From an uncultured Alphaproteobacteria bacterium (lineage in GTDB: Bacteria > Pseudomonadota > Alphaproteobacteria > Rhizobiales > Xanthobacteraceae), in the NCBI GenBank assembly GCA_963708635.1, contig CAVPTM010000004.1, positions 167,445 through 231,444 on the forward strand: a stretch of 64,000 nt of DNA. The letters are read 5' to 3'. Every line of letters starts with the position of its first letter. Position 1 is the stretch's first letter. The notes below the pieces were generated by a model. The model did no database searches. It saw only the letters and a list, made by a program, of their open reading frames with translations, and was not told the DNA's origin. Shown piece after piece: positions 11,158 to 25,798 of the stretch. The translations under genes and the position numbers were made by a program.

Positions 11158-12847
11158 TCATACCGTCAAGACGTGCACATGGCACATCGGCTTCTTGCCC
11201 CAGCGCTCGGCGACCGCCGCGCGCACGGCGCGGCGCACCGCCTCGGCCACCGCGTCGGGATCGCGCCGGCGCCCGCGCGGCAGCGATTCGAAGGTCTCGA
11301 TGACGGCGTCGTAGCACCGCCTCGTGCGATCGAGCTCGCCGTCGCGGTCGCGCTCCGGAATGCCGATGAGATCGAGCTCCGGATCGGCCGCAAGCTCGCC
11401 CTTGTCGGTGAGCGCCAGCGCGACCGACACGGCGCCGGCAAAGCTCAGCCGCCTGCGGTCGGCGACGGTGCGCGCGTCGGCCTCGACCAGCAGCGCGCCG
11501 TCCTTGTAGAGCCGCCCGGCCGGCACCTCGTCGATGATCGCCGGGGTCGCCCGACGAGCCGCACCAGGTCGCCGTTGCGGCAGCGGATGACTTGCTTGAC
11601 GCCGCAGCGGCGCGCGAGCGCGGCGTGCTCGTGACAGATGCAGCGCCTCGCCGTGCACCGGGATGACGATCTTCGGCTTCACCCAGCCGATCAAGCTCCT
11701 CGAGCTCGGCGCGGCGCGGATGGCCGGAGACGTGCACCAGATGCGTGCGGTCGGTGATGACCTCGATGCCCTGCTCGATCAGCCCGTTGATGACGCGGCC
11801 GACCGCCTTCTCGTTGCCGGGAATGGTGCGCGCGGAAAAGATCACGCGGTCGCCGCGCGACAGCGTCACGTCCGGATGCTGGTCCTCGGCGATGCGCGCG
11901 AGCGCGGCGCGCGGCTCGCCCTGGCTGCCGGTGCAGAGCGCCACCACCTTGTCGGGCGGCAGATAGCCGTAGGCGTCGGTGCCGCGGAAATCCTGCACGC
12001 CGTCGAGATAGCCGGTCTCGCGCGCGATCTGCGACGATGCGGTCCATGGCGCGGCCGACCACGACGACCTCGCGGTCGGCGGCGCGCGCGGCGTCGGCGA
12101 CCGCGCGCAGGCGCGCCACGTTGGAGGCGAAGGTCGTGACCGCGACGCGGCCGCGGCGCCGTCTTGATCAGCTCGGCGATGGTGCTTGCGCGACGTCGGC
12201 TTCCGACGGCGAGCGGCCGTCGCGCACCGCGTTGGTGGAATCGCCGACCAGCGCGAGGCAGCCCTCCTCGCCCGAGCGCGCGCAGCTTTGTTCTCGTCGG
12301 TCGGCGTCGCCGAGGATCGGGCGTCGGATCGATCTTCCAGTCGCCGGTATGCAGCACCGTGCCGAGCGGCGTGCGGATGATGAGCGCGTTCGATTCCGGG
12401 ATCGAATGCGCCATGGTGCACCAGTTCGATGTCGAACGGGCCGAGCGTGAAGCGGCTGCCGAGCGGCGACGATGTTGACCGGAATTTCCGGCGCGCCCGG
12501 CTCGCTCGCGCGCTTGGCGGCGAGCAGCGCGGCGGTGAACGGCGTGGCATAGACCGGCACCTTCAGCCGCGGCCACAGATCGATGCAGCGCGCCGAAATG
12601 GTCCTCATGCGCGTGCGTGAGCACGATGCCGCGCGAGGTTCTTGCGCTCCTCGACCAGAAAGCGGATGTCGGGCAGGATCAGGTCGATGCCGGGCAGATG
12701 CTCTTCGGCGGCGAAGGACACGCCGAGATCGACCGCGAGCCATTGCCGGCGGCGCTCGTCGCCGAGGCCGTAGATCGACAGGTTCATGCCGATCTCGCCG
12801 ACGCCGCCGAGCGGCGCGAACACCAGTTCCTGCTGCGGCTCGGCCAT
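11158..12847 (-). CDS. rnj: Ribonuclease J (multiple frameshifts)
   Basis: PLGGVGEIGMN, LTHAHEDHFGA, HTGDWKID, CTGSQGEP, HVSGHP, IPVHGE. Confidence 0.92.
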
Positions 12848-12850
12848 GCG

Positions 12851-13619
12851 TCAGGCGTCCAAGCCCGAACACTTCGCCGGCGGTGACCGGTCGACGAGCG
12901 CCGCCCGGCTGCTCGCAGCAGCAGCCGCCCGGCCTCATCGAGCCCCTCGAAGCGGCCGCGCAGTTCGCGCTCCGGCAGCCGCACGCGGATATCGGCTCGC
13001 CGAGCCCGGCGGCGCGCGCTGAGCCAGTCGGCGCGGATCGACGGCAAAGCCCTCGCCCCGCTCGCCATTGCGCCAGCCGCGCGCTGCATCGCGCACGCCA
13101 AGCGCGTCGAACAGCTGCTCGGCCGTGACCGAGCGCGCCGGCCGCGGCAAGATCGGTCGCCGGAAACGCCGTGTCGGCCGGATGGCTGACGCAATTGACG
13201 CCGATGCCGATCGCGACGGCAAAATGCCGGCTCGCTCTCGCCCTCGATCAGGATGCCGGCGAGCTTTCGCCGTGCCGAGCAGCAGATCGTTCGGCCATTT
13301 CACCTTCGAGCAGCGGGCCGAGCTGCGGCGCGCATTCGGCAACCGCATCGTGCAGCGCCAGCGCCGCGACGAAGGACAGTTGCGGCGCCGCGGCCGGCGG
13401 CGACGGCTCGGTCAGCAGCAGCGTGGCGTAGAGATTGCCGGCGGGCGAGACCCAGGTGCTGCCGCGGCGGCCGCGGCCGGCGCTCTGGCTCTGCGCGCTG
13501 ATCCACAGCGGCCCGCGCTCGCCGGCGCGCGCAAGCGCCAGCGCCTCGGCGTTGGTCGAGCCGAGCGTGTCGAACGCGATGTGCCGGACCCCCGCCAGGC
13601 CCGTGGCGTCGCGGTTCAT
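12851..13619 (-). CDS. birA: Biotin--acetyl-CoA-carboxylase ligase (frameshifted)
   Basis: GSTNAEAL, QSAGRGRRGSTW-SPAGNLY, KWPND; conserved nuoN-birA-rnj order. Confidence 0.9.
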
Positions 13620-13672
13620 CTCTCGGTGCGATCTTTCCGAAACCGGTTCGCGATTCGCTGACCGCAAGCGCG

Positions 13673-15127
13673 TCAGAACAACGACTTCGCCGCCGCGCGT
13701 CGCCGCGCCCAAGAGCGGCGCCGGATAGGCGAAGAACAGAATGTTGATCAGGCCGGCGACGCCGAGCACGAGGCCGCAGCGTGCCCGGCATGCGCTGGAA
13801 GCCGCGCGCCGGCTCGTCGAAATACATGATCTTGACGATGGCCAGATAGTAGTAGGCGCCCACCACGCTGGTCAGCACGCCGATCACCGCGAGCAGATAG
13901 AGCCCGGCTTTGATGGCGGCGAGGAACACGTAGAACTTGGCGAAGAAGCCGGCGAGCGGCGGAATGCCGGCGAGCGAGAACAGCAGCATCGCCGAGGAAG
14001 AACGCCATGGTCGGATGCGTGCGCGACAAGCCCGGCGAGATCGGCGATGTTCTCGACCAGCTGGCCGTCGCGGCGCATCGCCAGGATGCACGGCGAAGGT
14101 GCCGAGCGTCATCGCCACATAGATCGCCATGTAGACCAGCACGCCCTGCACGCCCTCCGGCGTGCCGGCGGCAAGCCCGACCAGCGCGAAGCCCATGTGG
14201 CCGATCGAGGAATAGGCCATCAGCCGCTTGATGTTGCGCTGGCCGATGGCGGCGAAGGCGCCGAGCGCCATCGAGGCGATCGAGACGAACACCACGATCT
14301 GCTGCCACTCGTGCGTGATGCCGGGGAACGCCACGACGGTCGCGCGCACGAAGATGGCGATGCCGGCGACCTTCGGCGCGGCGGCGAAGAACGCGGTGAC
14401 CGGCGTCGGCGCGCCCTCGTAGACGTCGGGCGTCCACATGTGGAACGGCACCGCCGAAATCTTGAAGCAGAAGCCGACGAACAGGAACACCAGGCCGAAG
14501 ATCAGCCCGATGGTTGCCGCCCTGCCTGCGTCGCCTTGGCGATGCCGGCGAAATTCACGGTGCCGGTGAAGCCGTAGATCAGCGAGGCGCCGTACAGCAG
14601 CATGCCGGACGACAGCGCGCCGAGCACGAAATATTTCAGGCCGGCTTCGGTCGAGCGCACGTTGTCGCGGTTCGAAGGCCGCGACCACGTAGAGCGGCAG
14701 GCTCATCAGCTCGAGCCCGAGATAGAGCGCGATCAGGTCGGCGGCCGAGATCAGCATCATCATGCCGAGCGTCGAGAGCAGGACCAGCACGCCGTATTCG
14801 AATTTCTGCTGCCGCTCCGGCGTGAGATAATCGAGCGACAGCATCAGCGCGCCGGCCGAGCCGGTCAGCGCCAGCAGCTTGAGGAAGCGCGCAAAATCGT
14901 CGACCACGAAACTGCCGCCGAACATGACGTGCGGCCCGGGCGGGATCGCCAGCACGATGACGCGCGGCCGCCGACCAGCAGCACCGATGCAGCAGCGCGT
15001 TGACGGCGCCGCGCGCTGCGCTCGCCGGCCGGCGACGCCGACCATCAGCAGCACCATGCGCGCCGACGCCAGGATGATCTCCGGCAGCAGCGGCAGCAGC
15101 GCCTTGAATGTTGGCGAATTCGTTCAT
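13673..15127 (-). CDS. nuoN: NADH-quinone oxidoreductase subunit N
   Basis: [47 protein letters not shown]. Confidence 0.95.
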
Positions 15128-16677
15128 CGGGCGGCGCTCGACCGGTTGTCGATCTGGGCGACGTCCTTGACCGCCGCGTTCTGCTCGGCGGCTTTGACCG
15201 CGCGGCCGTAGTTGTCGAGCAGCTGCGTCACCGAGGCCGCCGACATGTCGAGCACCGGCTTGGGCGCGACGCCGAACAGAATGGTCAGCACCACCAGCGG
15301 CGCGAAGATCAGCGTCTCGCGCCAGCCGATGTCCTTGATGCCGGCCAGCGCCGGCTTCAGATTGCCGAAGATCATCTTGCGGTAGAGCCACAGCGCATAG
15401 GCCGCCGACAGGATGACGCCGAGCGTGGCGAGCGTCGCGACCGCGGATGTTGACCTTGAAGGTGCCGATCAGCGACAGGAATTCGCCGACGAAGCCGGAG
15501 GTGCCCGGCAGGCCGACATTGGCGAGCGTGAACACCATGAACACCGCGGCATAAAGCGGCATGCGGTTGACCAGCCCGCCATAGAGCGGCGATCTCGCGC
15601 GTGTGCATGCGGTCGTAGACCACGCCGACGCAGAGGAACAGCGCGCCCGAGACGATGCCGTGCGAGATCATCTGGAAGATGCCGCCGGCGACGCCCTGCG
15701 TGGTCGCGGCGAAAATGCCCATGGTGACGAAGCCCATGTGCGCGACCGAGGAATAGGCGATCAGCTTCTTCATGTCCTCCTGCATCAGCGCGACCAGCGA
15801 GGTGTAGATGATGGCGACGACCGACAGCGTGAAGATCAGCGGCGCGAAGTCGTGGCTGGCCGACCGGGAACATCGGCAGCGAGAAGCGCAGGAAGCCGTA
15901 GCCGCCCATCTTCAAGCAGGATGGCGGCGAGGATGACCGAGCCCGCGGTCGGCGCCTCGACATGCGCGTCGGGCAGCCAGGTGTGCACCGGCCACATCGG
16001 CATCTTCACCGCGAACGAGGCAAAGAAGGCAAGCCACGCCCATTTCTGCAAGCCGAGCGGGAAGCCGTGGCGCAGCAGCGTCGGGATGTCGGTGGTGCCG
16101 GCGTCCCAATACATCGCCATGATGGCGAGCAGCATCAGCACCGAGCCGAGCAGCGTGTAGAGGAAGAACTTGAAGCTGGCATAGACCCGGCGCGGCCCGC
16201 CCCAGACGCCGATGATCAGGAACATCGGGATCAGGCCGCCCTCGAAGAACAGATAGAACAGCACCAGATCGAGCGCCGAGAAGGTGCCGACCATCAGCGT
16301 TTCCAGCACCAGGAACGCGATCATGTATTCCTTCACGCGCTTCTGGATCGCGGTCCAGCTCGCCAGGATGCAGATCGGCATCAGCGCGGTGGTGAGGATG
16401 ACGAAGGGCAGCGAAATGCCGTCGACGCCCATGTGATAGGAGGCGATGCCGAGCCAGGGGTGCTTCTCGACGAACTGGAATTCGGCCGAGGCCGGATCGA
16501 AGCGCCACACCATCACCAGCGAGATCGCGAAGGTGACGAGCGTGGTCCACAGCGCCACCCAGCGCGCGGTGCCCTTGCGCGAAGCCGCTCGTTGCCGCGC
16601 ACCAGCAGCATGATGAACAGCGCGCCGAGCAGCGGCAGGAAGGTGACGACGGAGAGGATGGGCCAATTGAGGTTCAT
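15124..16677 (-). CDS. nuoM: NADH-quinone oxidoreductase subunit M
   Basis: [51 protein letters not shown]. Confidence 0.95.
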
Positions 16678-16678
16678 G

Positions 16679-18771
16679 TCATTTCACCGCGAACATGAAC
16701 CAGGTGATGAAGGCCGCCGCGCCGATCAGCATGGCGAAGGCGTAGTGATAGAGGTAGCCGGTCTGCAGCCGCACCACGTTGCGCGTGACGTCGAGCACGC
16801 GCGCCGAGACGCCGTCGGGGCCGAAGCCGTCGATCAGCCAGCCGTCGCCGCCCTTCCAGAGCAGCGTGCCGAGCCGCTTGGTCGGCTCGCACGAAGATGA
16901 AGTCGTAGAGCTCGTCGAAGTACCATTTGTTGAGCAGGAACTGGTAGAGCACGCTCGTGCTGGCGCGCGAGCTCGACCGGAATATCGGGGCGGCGGATAT
17001 AGAAGTGCCAGGCGATGACGAAGCCGATCGCCATCATCACGGTCGGCAGGATGCCGATCTCGAGCGGCACGTGATGCATGTCCTCGAGCACGGTGTTGCT
17101 CTTGGCGAAGGTGAGCGACTCGCGGAAGAAGCCTTCGACGCCGTGACCGGCGAAGATTTCCTTGAACGGCAGCCCGGCCATGATCGAGCCGAACGCCAGG
17201 AAGCCGAGCGGGATCAGCATCACCATCGGGCTCTCATGCGCGTCGCGTCCAGTGCTGGCGGTCGTGCGGCTCGCCGTGGAAGGTCTTGAAGATCAGCCGC
17301 CAGGAATAGAACGAGGTCAGCAGCGCGGCCGCCGACCGTGCAGATGAAGGCGTAGAGCGCCATCGGGTTGTGCCCGACATAGGCCGCCTCGATGATGGCG
17401 TCCTTGGAGAAATAGCCGGCGGTGAGCGGGAAGCCGGTGAGCGCCAGCGTGCCGATGATCATCACGATGTAGGTGAACGGGATGCGGTCCTTCAGCCCGC
17501 CCATGTGGCGGATGTCCTGCTCGTGATGCATGGCGATGGATCACCGAGCCGGAGCCGAGGAACAGCAGCGCCTTGAAGAAGGCATGCGTGAACAGATGGA
17601 ACATGCCGACCGAATAGGCGCCGCACGCCCATGGCGACGAACATGTAGCCGAGCTGCGAGCAGGTCGAATAGGCGACGATGCGCTTGATGTCGTTCTGCA
17701 CCAGGCCGATGGTCGCGGCGAAGAACGCGGTGGTGGCGCCGATGAAGGTGACGAAGGTCTGCGCGTTCGGCGCCAGCTCGAACAGCGGCGACAGCCGCGC
17801 CACCATGAACACGCCGGCGGTCACCATGGTGGCGGCGTGGATCAGCGCCGAGACCGGCGTCGGGCCTTCCATGGCGTCGGGCAGCCAGGTGTGCAGCAGG
17901 AACTGCGCCGACTTGCCCATCGCGCCCATGAACAGCAGCAGGCAGATGAGCGTCAGCGCGTCGACGTGCCAGCCGAAGAAGTGGATGGTCTTGCCGATGA
18001 GCGACGGCGCCTGCGCGAACACGGTGTCGAAATCGACCGCGCCGGTCAGCATGAACACGGCGAAAATGCCGAGCGCGAAGCCGAAATCGCCGACGCGGTT
18101 GACCACGAAGGCCTTGATCGCCGCGGCGTTGGCTTCCGGCTTGTGATACCAGAAGCCGATCAGCAGATAGCTCGCGAGCCCGACGCCTTCCCAGCCGAAG
18201 AACAGCTGCACCAGGTTGTCGGCCGTCACCAGCATCAGCATGGCGAAGGTGAACATCGACAGATAGGCGAAGAAGCGCGGCCGGTACGGGTCCTCGTCCA
18301 TGTAGCCGATGGAATAAAGATGCACGAAGCGCGGAGACGGTGTTGACCACCACCAGCATCACCGCGGTCAGCGTGTCGATGCGCAGCGACCAGTCGATCT
18401 TGAGGTCGCCCGAGACGATCCAGGTGAACACCGGCACGCGCACGTCGTGATGGCCGAAGCCGACCTGCACGAAGGCGATCCACGACAGGATCATCGCGAT
18501 CAACAGACAGCGTGGTGGTGATCAGCTCGGCCGTGCGCGAGCCGGCGGCGGCCGGCTCGTGGCCATGTCTCCTCGTGGTGCGTGAGTGGTGGATGACGCC
18601 GCCGCCGCAAGATCGTCATGCGCGCGCGATGATGCGGGGCGTGGTCGGCCGCGCCGTCCTCCGCGCCCGGCGGCGGGCCCTCGCCCGGGCAACGCGCGCG
18701 CGCGCCGGCGAGCGCGATCAGGCCGCCAGAATCGCGCCGAGCAAAGGCAGGAAGACGATGGCCTGATACAT
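16679..18771 (-). CDS. nuoL: NADH-quinone oxidoreductase subunit L
   Basis: [57 protein letters not shown]. Confidence 0.95.
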
Positions 18772-18778
18772 TACCGCG

Positions 18779-19087
18779 TCAGCCCTTCATCAGATTGATG
18801 TCTTCGACCGCGATCGAGCCCTTGTTGCGGTAGAAGACGACGAGGATGGCAAGCCCGATGGCCGCTTCCGCCGCCGCCACCGTGAGCACCAGCAGCGCGT
18901 AGATCTGGCCGACGATGTCGCCGAGATGGGTGGAGAAGGCGACCAGATTGATGTTGACCGCGAGCAGGATCAGCTCGATCGACATCAGGATGATGATGAC
19001 GTTCTTGCGGTTGAGGAAGATGCCGAAAATCCCGAGCGTGAACAGGATGGCGGCGACCGAGAGATAATGTCCGAGCCCGATGGTCAT
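18779..19087 (-). CDS. nuoK: NADH-quinone oxidoreductase subunit K
   Basis: MTIGLGHYL...[14 protein letters not shown]...[10 protein letters not shown]. Confidence 0.96.
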   Translation of the reverse strand: MTIGLGHYLSVAAILFTLGIFGIFLNRKNVIIILMSIELILLAVNINLVAFSTHLGDIVGQIYALLVLTVAAAEAAIGLAILVVFYRNKGSIAVEDINLMKG

Positions 19088-19706
19088 GCGTTGCCCCCCA
19101 GCCCCTGCCCCGGCCGCACCTGCCGGATCTCGATCGACATTTCCGGCGTGCGCGCGACCTGCTCGGCGATGTTCTGCCGGCGCACGCGCACGCGGTGCTG
19201 CAGCGTCAGCACGATGGCGCCGACCATGGCGACCAGCAGGATCAGGCCGGCGGCCTCGAAGAAATAGACGTAGTTGGTGTAGAGCACGAGCGCCGATCGC
19301 CTCGGTATTCGGAATGTTGGCCGGGATCGGCGCGGTGATCGCCTGCGGGATGCCGGGCCCGATCGCCCAGGCGCCGACCACCAGCAGCAGTTCGGCGAGG
19401 AAAATCGCCGCCGATCAGCATGCCGACCGGCAGATATTGCAGCACGCCCTGCTTGAGCTCGGCGAAATCGACGTCGAGCATCATCACCACGAACAGGAAC
19501 AGCACGGCGACCGCGCCGACATAGACCACGATCAGGATCATGGCGAGGAATTCGGCGCCCATCATCACGAACAGGCCGGCCGCGTTGACGAAGGCGAGGA
19601 TGAGATAGAGCACCGAATGCACCGGGTTGCGCGCCGCGATCACCATGAAGGCGCTGGCCACGCAGATGCCGGCAAAGAGATAGAAGAACAGCGCCTGCAC
19701 GATCAT
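19084..19706 (-). CDS. nuoJ: NADH-quinone oxidoreductase subunit J
   Basis: [28 protein letters not shown]. Confidence 0.95.
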
Positions 19707-19723
19707 CGCGGGCCTCGCGCTCC

Positions 19724-19851
19724 TCCCTCTCCCCGCTTGCGGGGAGAGGGTCGGGGTGAGGGGGCGCGGCCGCATATCGTGCGTGACCGATAAGCCCCCT
19801 CACCCGACCGCGCTACGCGCGGTCGACCTCTCCCCGCGCGCGGGGAGAGGT
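19724..19851. repeat. REP-like double-hairpin element between nuoI and nuoJ
   Basis: CCTCTCCCCGC..GCGGGGAGAGG twice, plus GGGTGAGGGGGC/GCCCCCTCACCC inverted pair. Confidence 0.85.
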
Positions 19852-19887
19852 AAAGAGAGAGCGAGGCGAGACTTACAACCATCAAAC

Positions 19888-20376
19888 TCACCTATACGGC
19901 GCGTCGAGCGCGAGGTTGGCGGCGATCTCGCGCTCCCAGCGGTCGCCGTTCGCGAGCAGGCGCTCCTTGTCGTAATAGAGCTCCTCGCGCGTCTCGGTGG
20001 CGAATTCGAAGTTCGGTCCCTCCACGATGGCGTCGACCGGGCAGGCTTCCTGGCAGAGCCCGCAATAGATGCACTTCACCATGTCGATGTCGTAGCGCGT
20101 GGTGCGGCGCGTGCCGTCGTTGCGGCGCGGACCGGCCTCGATGGTGATCGCCTGCGCCGGGCAGATCGCCTCGCACAGCTTGCAGGCGATGCAGCGCTCC
20201 TCGCCGTTGGGATAGCGGCGCAGCGCGTGCTCGCCGCGAAAGCGCGGCGAGATCGGCCCCTTCTCGAACGGATAATTGAGCGTCGACTTGGCGCGGAAGA
20301 AATAGCGCATGCCGAGCACGAAGCCGGTCACGAACTCCCACAGGAACCATGCCTTGGCGGCGCGGTCGAGCCTCAT
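19888..20376 (-). CDS. nuoI: NADH-quinone oxidoreductase subunit I
   Basis: [12 protein letters not shown] and [12 protein letters not shown] 4Fe-4S motifs. Confidence 0.97.
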   Translation of the reverse strand: MRLDRAAKAWFLWEFVTGFVLGMRYFFRAKSTLNYPFEKGPISPRFRGEHALRRYPNGEERCIACKLCEAICPAQAITIEAGPRRNDGTRRTTRYDIDMVKCIYCGLCQEACPVDAIVEGPNFEFATETREELYYDKERLLANGDRWEREIAANLALDAPYR

Positions 20377-21414
20377 CGCATCCTCATTTCCCCGCCAACG
20401 GCGAGACGGCCGTACTGGATGACGCCGGCGACGATCGCCACCATGGCCAGCGACAGCGGCAGGAACACCTTCCAGCCGAGCCGCATCAATTGGTCGTAGC
20501 GATAGCGCGGCACGATCGCCTTGACCATGGCGAACATGAAAAACATGAACAGCGCCTTGAGCGTGAACCAGATCACGCCCGGCACCCAGGTGAACGGCGG
20601 ATAAGGCACCGGCGACAGCCAGCCGCCGAGGAACAGGATGGTGCCCATGGCGCACATGGTGCCGATCGCCACGTATTCGCCGAGCATGAACATCATGTAG
20701 GGCGTCGAGCCGTATTCGACCATGAAGCCGGCGACCAGTTCGGATTCCGCTTCCACCAGGTCGAACGGCGGCCGGTTGGTCTCCGCCAGCGCCGAGACGA
20801 AGAACACGACGAACATCGGGAACAGCGGCAGCCAGTACCAGGAGAACAACCCGTACGGCCCGTTCTGCGCCTCGACGATCGTCGGACAGGTTGAGCGAGC
20901 CGGCGCACAGCAGCACCGTGATGAAGACGAAGCCGATCGAGACTTCGTAGGACACCATCTGCGCGGCCGAGCGCACCGCCGCCAGGAACGCATATTTCGA
21001 GTTCGACGCCCAGCCCGCCATGATCACGCCGTAGACCATCAGCGAGGAGATCGCGAAAATGTAGAGCACGCCGACATTGATGTCGGCGATCACCCATTTG
21101 GCGTTGACCGGGATCACCGCCCAGGCGGCGAGCGCCAGCACGCAGGTGACCAGCGGCGCCAGCAGGAACACGCCCTTGTTGGCGCCGGCCGGGATCACCG
21201 GCTCCTTGACGACGAACTTCAGCAAGTCGGCGAACGACTGGAACAGGCCCCAGGGCCCGACCACGTTCGGGCCGCGCCGGATCTGCACCGCCGCCCAGAT
21301 CTTGCGGTCGGCGAGCAGGATGTAGGCGATGGCGACCAGCAGGATCACCAGCAGCAACACGGATTGCGCCACCATGACGATGACCGGCCAGACATAGGTC
21401 CAGAAGAAATCCAT
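20373..21414 (-). CDS. nuoH: NADH-quinone oxidoreductase subunit H
   Basis: [40 protein letters not shown]. Confidence 0.96.
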
Positions 21415-21419
21415 GCGCC

Positions 21420-23497
21420 CTACTCCGCCGCCGTCTTGGCTGGCCGCATGCGCCAGCGCCGAGCATTCGGCCATCACCGCGGAGGCGCGCGCGATCGGAT
21501 TGGTGAGATAGAAGTCGCGTCACCGGCGATGTGAACGGCGCCTTGTCCGGCGTCGCCGCCGAGCTTGGCGAGCTTGCCGATGTCGGCGGCATCGCCGGCC
21601 GCGATCTCGTCGATCCGCATGAAATGCGGATGCGCGGCGAACATCGCCTGGCGCAAGCTGCGCGAGCGAGTCATAAGGCAGCTTGGCGCCGAGCGCGTCG
21701 GACAGCGCGCGCAGGATCGCCCAGTCCTCGCGCGCATCGCCGGGCGGGAACGCGGCGCGGTTCGCCATCTGCACGCGGCCTTCGGTGTTGACGTAGATGG
21801 CGGATTTTTCCGGATAGGCGGCGCCCGGCAGGATCACGTCGGCGCGATGCGCGCCGCGGTCGCCATGGGTGCCGATATAGACGACGAAGGCGCCCGGCGC
21901 GACCTCGATCTCGTCGGCGCCGAGCAGGAAGAGCACGATCGACGCCGCCCTCCGCCATCTGCGCGGCGGTCTTGCCGCCCTCGCCCGGCACAAAGCCGAG
22001 ATCGAGCGCGCCGACGCGCGAGGCCGCGCTGTGCAGCACGGAGAAACCGTTCCAGCCGTCCTTGACGACGCCGAACTCGCCGGCGGTCTTTGCCGCGAGC
22101 GAGGCAACGCCGCGCCATCCGGCCGCGCCAGCGCGCCGGCGCCCAGGATGATCAAGCGGGCGCTCGGCGCTCTTGAGCGCTTCGCGCGAATTTGCCGTCG
22201 CCGAGCTTGCCGAGCGTCTCCGCCCCGGCGCCGAGATAGTCGTAGGGATAAGTGAGGTCGGCCTTCTCGCCGATCAGCGCGATCGGGAAATTGCCCGCGC
22301 GCCAGCGCTTGCGGATGCGCGCATTGAGCACCGCCGCCTCGCGCCGCGGGTTGGCGCCGACGATCAGCAGCGCGTCGGCGCGCTCGATGCCGGCGATGGT
22401 GGCGTTGAACAGATAGCTGGCGCGGCCCCATTCGGGATCGAAGGCGGCGCCGTCCTGGCGCGCGTCGATATTGGCGCTGCCGAGACGCGTCAGCAGATCC
22501 TTGAGCGCATACATCTCTTCGGCCGCGCAAAGATCGCCGGCGATGGCGCCGATGCTGCGCGGGCGCCGTGTCCTTCACCTTGGCGGCGATCGCCGCGAAG
22601 GCCTCCTTCCAGGTCGCCGGCCGCAGCCGGCCGTTGTCGCGGATATAGGGCTGATCGAGCCGCTGCGTGCGCAGGCCGTCGACCACGTGGCGGGTCTTGT
22701 CGGAAATCCACTCCTCGTTCACGTCGTCGTTGGTGCGCGGCAGAATGCGCATCACCTCGCGCCCGCGCGTGTCGATGCGGATGGCCGAGCCGAGCGCGTC
22801 CATCACGTCGATCGATTGCGTCTTGTTGAGCTCCCACGGCCGCGCCGCGAAGGCATAAGGCTTGGAGGTGAGCGCGCCGACCGGGCAGAGATCGACCACG
22901 TTGCTTTGCAGCTCCGAGGTCATGGCGTGCTCGAGATAAGTCGTGATCTCCATGTCCTCGCCGCGGCCGATGGCGCCGAGCTCCGGCACGCCGGCGACCT
23001 CGCTGGCGAAGCGGATGCAGCGCGTGCACTGGATGCAGCGCGTCATGATGGTCTTGACCAGCGGGCCGATATATTTGTCCTCGACCGCGCGCTTGTTTTC
23101 CTTGTAGCGGCTGGAATCCACGCCATAGGCCATGGCCTGGTCCTGCAGATCGCATTCGCCGCCCTGGTCGCAGATCGGGCAATCGAGCGGATGGTTGATC
23201 AGCAGGAATTCCATCACGCCTTCGCGCGCCTTCTTCACCATCGGCGTCTTGGTGTTGAGGACTTTCGGCGAGCCGTCTTTGTTCGGCGGCAAATCCTTGA
23301 CGCCCACGGCGCAGGAGGCCTGCGGCTTCGGCAATCCCCGCGACCTCGATCAGGCACATGCGGCAATTGCCGGCGATCGACAGCCGCTCGTGGAAGCAGA
23401 AGCGCGGGATTTCCGCGCCCGCGGCTTCGCAGGCCTGGAGCAGCGTGTACTCCGGCGGAACGTCGATCTCTTTGCCGTCGACGATGAGCTTGGTCAT
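21420..23497 (-). CDS. nuoG: NADH-quinone oxidoreductase subunit G
   Basis: [45 protein letters not shown]. Confidence 0.96.
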
Positions 23498-23989
23498 GCC
23501 GCGTGCTCGCTGACTTTCTGGCCGCGCTGCGTCTTCCAGAGTTGCGCGTCCGGCAGGCTTTCCCAGCCGAAGGCGTAATCGCTCGGGCCATGCGCCTTGA
23601 GATGATCGAGCCGCGCCACGCCCTCCGCGAGCGGCGGGCGATGCCCGGCCGCGACCCACCACAGCACCAGCGGCGTCTCGATCGGCGCGAACCAGTCCTC
23701 GCGCCGGCGATAGAAGCGGCCGTGCAGCGTCTGCCAGACGAAACGCTCGAGCGCCTCGGCATTTTCCCAGACCGTCAGGTTCGGCAGGATCGCCGGATCG
23801 CCATAGACCGTCATGTTCATGGCGTGGCCGCTCTCGTCCTGCAGCCGCCAGACGAAGCCTTCGATCTGCTCGGCCAGCCCGTTCACGCGCGTCGACATTC
23901 TCCACGAACTCCGCCATGCGCGGATCGTCGAGCGGATAACGCATCCGCGCGATGTTGAACTGGGCGAGATGGCGGGCGCTGTGCGTCAT
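23494..23989 (-). CDS. DUF3291-like protein, paralog 2 (frameshifted)
   Basis: [43 protein letters not shown] overlaps at both ends. Confidence 0.82.
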
Positions 23990-24482
23990 GCCGCCGACTC
24001 GCTCGGCGCACAACGCGCCGTTTTCCACAATTGCGTCGAGGCGGAGGGCCAATCGAAGGCGTGGTCGCTCGGCGCCGTGCTGCTTTGAGATGCTCGAGCC
24101 GCGCAACGGCCTCTTCGACGCTCGGCCGATGCCCGGCCGGCACCCACCACATCACGAAATAAGGCCCTTCGAAATGCTCGAACCATTCGGCGCGGCGGCC
24201 GTAGAAGCGTTTGTGAATGGTCTGATAGACAAAGCGCTCCAGCGCCTCGACGCTTTCCCAGACCGACAAATTGATGGCGATGCGCGGATCGGCATAAGGC
24301 CGCGTGCTGGTCGAGTTGCCGCTGTCGTCGATGAAGCGCCAGACAAAGCCGGGCGTGCGCTCGGCCAAGCCGTTCACCAGCGCCAGGTTGTCGGTGAAAT
24401 CCGCCATGCGCGGATCCTCGATCTCATAGCGGATGCGGCCGATATTCAATTGCGCAAGCTGGTGATTGGGCGGCTGCTGCAT
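23986..24482 (-). CDS. DUF3291-like protein, paralog 1 (frameshifted)
   Basis: [49 protein letters not shown]. Confidence 0.82.
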
Positions 24483-24487
24483 GATGC

Positions 24488-25798
<1,311 letters not shown>

